Positions 59,274-64,000 of a stretch of DNA of 64,000 nucleotides are shown here, piece after piece; positions within the stretch are counted from its first letter, which is position 1, and each line of letters opens with the position of its first letter. The position numbers were made by a program, and so were the translations under genes. The notes below the pieces were generated by a model. It ran no database searches and was not told the origin of the DNA. It saw nothing but the letters and a program-made list of their open reading frames with translations. Location: contig OY760074.1 of assembly GCA_963663035.1 (NCBI GenBank), forward strand, positions 1,600,001-1,664,000, given 5' to 3'. The stretch comes from Acidobacteriota bacterium. Its GTDB lineage: Bacteria > Acidobacteriota > UBA6911 > RPQK01 > JADFOI01.

Positions 59274-61271
59274 ATGAGTACTCATCCATTCATCACCAGG
59301 TCTTGCTTTACGGCCATAGCCATGCTTCTTTTCTTCCCCTTCACGGACTCTCTGGCTCAGCAGCTGCCTCCCGAGGTGGAAAACTTCGGTTTTGCCGACA
59401 CCGTCTTTATCAATGGGAAGATTGTGAGCATGGACGATGCTTCCAACTCGACCGACGTCGGCAGCGTCTACCAAGCTATGGCGGTCAAAGGCGACAAGAT
59501 CCTGAAGCTGGGGTCCAACCAGGAAGTTCAATCTCTGTCCGGTCGCATCACCAGAGTTTTTGATTTGGCGGGACGCACCATGATCCCTGGTATTGTGGAA
59601 AGCCATGAACATATCTATGGGAGGGCTCTGCGCTGGGCCGATCGCGTCGGCTTCAAATACCCCCCGGATGGAGTCACTTTCGTCGAGACCCGGGCGGAAC
59701 GAGACCTGGAAAACACCCAGGGTGCTCTTCGCGACGCCCTCACAAAGGCTGTGAATGAAGTTGACAAAGGGGATTGGATTGTCCTGAGCATGCAACCCCA
59801 TCCGGAGACCCCGGATAATCTTCGATTGTGGGGCTGGACCCGACGCCTGACCAATCGTCAAACGCTTGATCAGTGGGCTCCCGATCACCCCGTTCTCATT
59901 CGTCCGGGTGCCAGAGGCAATATCAATACCAAAGCCTTGGAGATCCTCGACGAATTCCTGCCCGGCTATTCCGACTCCATCCAGGAGACCATGCATGGCG
60001 TGGACATCGGTGAGGACATCCCTTCCATCGGGTGGGTGGGAAGCCAGGAGATGGCTGTCATTACCTGGGAGCTCTTTCTGGAAAACGTCGAGCCCAACAC
60101 GCTGGCACAGATGCTCCAGCTGGAGTCGGAATCCTGGGCCGCCTTGGGAGTCACCACCTGGGGAACGCGTATTCCCTTTCCCAAGGTCATGACCGGATAC
60201 GCCAAGCTGGTCGAACTGGGCCAGATGCCCATTCGTCTCAACGCCCACTACGAAGTGCACCGAATGCCCACCGACCCACAGCAGACTCGGCAATTGTACC
60301 GGCGTACGGGTGTGCTGCAAGGGCTAGGAGGCGACTACATGTGGATTGATGGAGTGGCCTCGGAACGGTGGGATTCCCATTATCCGGAGGCCTGCACGGG
60401 GCCCGACACCAGCGCGCCGGCTCACTTGAAGGAGCGTGAGTCCTGTCCTCACGAGGGTGATCTCCATTGGGATACGCTTGCAAACGCGATCAAGGCCGGA
60501 TGGAGAGTCGCCGGAGTGCACACCTGTGGAAGCGAAAGTTTCAGGGCTTTTATCCAGATGATTGATCAGGCACGGGCAGAAACCGGAATGACGGTTCAGC
60601 AGATCCACGATCAGCACTTCTCCCTGGAGCACTGTGATCTGATCGGAAAACAACCCGATGTGATCGATAAGCTCATCCGATATGGGATTATTCTCAGCTG
60701 CGGTCCCAACTACGTTCGGGAATTTCGTGCCTGGATCAAAGACTATGGGCCTCAAACTCCCAATATCGAGGACTTTTTCATCCCCTTTAAAACCTGGATC
60801 GAATCAGGAGTCCGGCTGGTGGGTCAGCACTACGGTGCAGGAGCCACTAGCAGCTCTGAGTTCAAGCCGCCCTTTTTCATCATCTGGCAGGCCATTACCA
60901 GGAAGTTTGACGGGAAAGTGTGGCAGCCCGAGGAGCGCATTGACCGGGTGCATGCCTTGAAGATGTGGACTCGATGGGCGGCCGAGTACGTCCGCCATCC
61001 GGATCAACTGGGTTCGCTGGAAGAAGGCAAATGGGCTGATCTGTTGGTGATTGACCGGGATTACTTTACGATTCCAGAGGACGACATCCTCAAAATCCGG
61101 CCGCTCATGACCATGGTGGGGGGCAAGATGGGGGCACTGCAGCCTTCCCTGGCAAACGAGTGGGGTGTGGAGGCGGTCGGGCATGAGTATAACTTTGACG
61201 ACAGTCAGCTCGACTGGATCGGCCAGCCTTTTACGGACGAAGGAAAAAGAGAAGCCGGCCTCCTGGACTGA
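59274..61271 (+). CDS. Exported amidohydrolase-3 (YtcJ-like) family protein, copy 2
   Basis: Tandem paralog; ATG 59274 after AGGAGG; PGIVESHEH. Confidence 0.85.
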   Translation: MSTHPFITRSCFTAIAMLLFFPFTDSLAQQLPPEVENFGFADTVFINGKIVSMDDASNSTDVGSVYQAMAVKGDKILKLGSNQEVQSLSGRITRVFDLAGRTMIPGIVESHEHIYGRALRWADRVGFKYPPDGVTFVETRAERDLENTQGALRDALTKAVNEVDKGDWIVLSMQPHPETPDNLRLWGWTRRLTNRQTLDQWAPDHPVLIRPGARGNINTKALEILDEFLPGYSDSIQETMHGVDIGEDIPSIGWVGSQEMAVITWELFLENVEPNTLAQMLQLESESWAALGVTTWGTRIPFPKVMTGYAKLVELGQMPIRLNAHYEVHRMPTDPQQTRQLYRRTGVLQGLGGDYMWIDGVASERWDSHYPEACTGPDTSAPAHLKERESCPHEGDLHWDTLANAIKAGWRVAGVHTCGSESFRAFIQMIDQARAETGMTVQQIHDQHFSLEHCDLIGKQPDVIDKLIRYGIILSCGPNYVREFRAWIKDYGPQTPNIEDFFIPFKTWIESGVRLVGQHYGAGATSSSEFKPPFFIIWQAITRKFDGKVWQPEERIDRVHALKMWTRWAAEYVRHPDQLGSLEEGKWADLLVIDRDYFTIPEDDILKIRPLMTMVGGKMGALQPSLANEWGVEAVGHEYNFDDSQLDWIGQPFTDEGKREAGLLD

Positions 61272-61295
61272 GAGTCGCTGCTCTCCCCGTTGGAC

Positions 61296-61706
61296 TCAGT
61301 TGAGGAGCTCTAAGAGCCAGCTCCACTTGAGCAGCAGACTTCGATCGGAAATGGATCCCCTCATATCTTCTATTCCTCGGGTATCGTTGTAGACCACGAA
61401 AAGGCCCGTGTTGGCCGCCTGGATCCACCCAAAACGAAAGTTCATGGACCAGAGGTCATCCCGGTCATTGAACTGGATCAAGCTCTGCACGAACATTCTG
61501 GGGGTGAAAGAATAGGACATCCGAAGCTGACCCAGGTTGGTGACAAAGTCTCCTGCCGGCAGGTCGATGTCATTTCGGTTCCAGGTGATATCGGCACTGA
61601 AGGTTTCATGCAGACGCAGTTTCACCTGGGGAACCCAACCCAGCCGGTGGCCCCCAAAAAAGCCTCCGTGGGTGAAGGTGAAGCGAAGGCTCAACCAGTC
61701 TGCACA
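61296..61706 (-). pseudogene. C-terminal fragment of a DUF5916-like outer-membrane beta-barrel protein
   Basis: Amphipathic strands (SYSFTPRMFVQSLIQFN, NFRFGWI, LFVVYND, RSLLLKWSWL); in-frame stop just upstream, no signal peptide or SD. Confidence 0.6.
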
Positions 61707-61934
61707 CTATAACCGAACCAGCTGGTGATGGATAAGAGCCGGGATAGGTCCCAGTCGGATCGTCTTCGTCCGACGGAGATACAGTCAATGAAAAAACCCA
61801 GGCGGTGGCGCGGAGATTGCTGAGTATCTTCATGTCACGTACCGAAGACCGATGCCCGACCGCAGGTGGAAAACCGATTCGCCCAATGAGCGATTGGGCC
61901 AAGCTTTTGCAGTAACTTTCTTGGAGGTTAGGTC

Positions 61935-62102
61935 ATGACCACAATGAGTGCATCCATTGACAAACATCACAAACCCATCATTATTGTGCTTTCACTGATC
62001 ATTCTCGCGATGGTCACCTCATGCACCTTCCATGATGTCATCCCCATTTGTCATTGGCTGTTTGGATGTGATCATCAGCTCCATAGCCTGGCATCTCTTT
62101 AG
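61935..62102 (+). CDS. Small (55 aa) membrane/lipoprotein-like protein with a His/Cys-rich tail
   Basis: GGAGG SD; MTTMSASIDKHHKPIIIVLSLIILAMVTSCTFHDVIPICHWLFGCDHQLHSLASL; shorter than any ORF in the track. Confidence 0.6.
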   Translation: MTTMSASIDKHHKPIIIVLSLIILAMVTSCTFHDVIPICHWLFGCDHQLHSLASL

Positions 62103-62272
62103 AGTCCAGGTCGTGCTGCTGCGGTTGAATTGGGAACCGTAGAGCATCAAACCCTACGTTTCTTTCGACACAAAACCCTATAAATGATATAACCGGATAA
62201 CCTATAATTAATACAGCACCAAACCCTAGGATTGGTGCCGCAGGATAACCTACATGAGGGAGAACGGCTCGC

Positions 62273-63831
62273 ATGGCAAGCCCCACCGAAAAAACTGGCT
62301 GAATCCCTTGAGGCTCTTCAAGGGCTGCAAGAGCGGGGGGGGCGTTGCGATCCGGTCTCGGGCCTTGAGCCGGACCCATAGGGAGCGCCTTCTCAAAAAC
62401 GGTTTCCTGAAGGAAGTCATCAAGGGCTGGTACATCCCGGCACGCCCGGATGAGATTCCGGGTGACAGTACAGCCTGGTATGCCTCATTCTGGGACTTCT
62501 GCGCTGCCTACCTCACTGAGCGATTTGGCAAGGACTGGTGCCTATCGCCTGAACAGTCGCTATCGCTACACGGTGGCAATCGGACCGTGCCCATTCAACT
62601 GCTTGTGCGCGCGCCGAAAGGGGGCAATAAGCCGACAGTCCTGCCCCATAATACGTCCCTTTTTGACGTGCGTTATGCTATGCCCAAGGAAAGCGAAATC
62701 GTTGAGTACGATGGCCTGCGCCTTTATTCGGTGCCGTCCGCCTTGGTCGCTAGTCCGGAGCCTTTCTTCCGGCAAGCTTCAACGGACCTGAGCGCTGCCA
62801 TGGCAACGGTGAAGGACGCATCGGACGTGCTGGCACTCCTGCTTGAAGGCGGTCATAGCACGATCGCTGGACGTCTTGCGGGTGCCTTTAGAAATGCGGG
62901 ACAGGACCGTATTGCCGATGACATCGTAAAAACCATGGATGCTGCCGGATATACCGTTCGGGAATCCGATCCGTTTGAAAACAAGCCACCTCTTGTACTG
63001 ACGGCGCGGGAAGCCTCGCCCTATGTCAACCGTATCCGTCTGATGTGGAAAGAGATGTGTCAGCCTGTGCTCGATGCCTTCCCGGCATCGCCAGGGATAC
63101 CAGATGACCCGGAGGCCTATCTGAAGGCTATTGATGAAGTCTATGTCAGCGATGCCTACCACTCGCTGTCAATTGAAGGGTATAGAGTGAGCCCAGAGCT
63201 TATCGAACGGGTACGTAGCGGTGCGTGGGACCCTGAAAATGACGAGGATGACCTTGAACATCGTAATGCCCGTGCGGCAAGAGGCTACTACGACGCGTTC
63301 ATGACGGTCAAAGCAAGCGTCCAAAAAGTTCTTGCCGGTAACAATGCGGGTACCGTGGCCGATCATGATCATGCCACCTGGTACCGGGAATTTTTTGGAC
63401 CGAGCGTGACAGCAGGTATTGTGGATGCGGTTGATCTAGCAGGCTATAGAAGCGGTCCGGTCTTTATTCGCCGTTCCATGCATGTTCCACCACCGCGGGA
63501 AGCGGTGCGCGACTGCATGCCCGCACTATTTGATCTTCTCAAAGAAGAGGCAGATCCATCGATTCGCGTTGTGCTTGGCCATTTCATCTTTGTCTATATT
63601 CACCCCTACATGGACGGCAACGGTCGCATGGGCCGTTTCCTCATGAATGTGACGCTCGCATCGGGCGGCTACCCCTGGACCATCGTCCCGTTCCAGCAAC
63701 GGGACGATTACATGGCTGCGATGGAATCTGCAAGCGTAGGCCAAAACATACAACCCTTAGCGGAATTAGTTGGTCGGCTGGTTCAGGACGGACTGGAAGG
63801 GAAGTCGGTGCCAAGAGTACCCTCCAGCTAA
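62273..63831 (+). CDS. Fic family protein (5' end apparently frameshifted in homopolymers)
   Basis: HPYMDGNGRMGR Fic motif; DAYHSLSIEG; RTHRERLLKNGFL.EVIKGWY. Confidence 0.85.
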
Positions 63832-63896
63832 GCATGTTGAGTTAGAGGGACGTGCTGCCTTCGCGTCTGGCGATAATGGCACTTTTCACCATCCAA

Positions 63897-63918
63897 ATCC
63901 GCACCCTATCCGCACCCT
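63897..63918. repeat. Tandem direct 11-mer ATCCGCACCCT x2
   Basis: atccgcaccctatccgcaccct. Confidence 0.6.
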
Positions 63919-64000
63919 CTCCCTATGACCTGCTTTTTCTCTTAGCCCTCGAAGCTCATCCGGTGCCAGCCTGAGAAAACAGCTTGTATCCGTAGGGGTT

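Overview
GC-rich bacterial chromosome segment; the Ser/Thr kinase-beta-propeller fusion, CocE hydrolase and DUF2911/DUF5916-like genes suggest an acidobacterium-like organism (inference). It holds housekeeping genes (acnA, lpdA, thyA-folA, lemA/htpX-like, three-gene pntAB, nfo, MqnL-type UbiD), a NitT/TauT ABC operon, and a catabolic region with an HmfABC-like Mo-hydroxylase, MocA, a second UbiD, a TRAP permease, SDRs and a CoA-ligase alpha subunit. An accessory right end carries tandem secreted amidohydrolases, gene remnants and a Fic gene. The best candidate for an undescribed system is an eight-gene, tightly coupled operon (12968-20401): a GlmL-like ASKHA ATPase with no B12 mutase partner, a barrel-sandwich/KOW protein and four membrane proteins (one FN3+DUF6754-like). 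The window also has two families of 200-270 bp palindromic MITE-like elements (one rewrites the nfo C-terminus), a covarying REP family, heptamer tandem repeats, two sigma-54 promoter candidates, an 80-bp scar of a deleted kinase gene, and an unannotated 55-aa His/Cys-rich lipoprotein-like ORF. No rRNA, tRNA or CRISPR array was seen. Family assignments come from motif recognition, not database searches.
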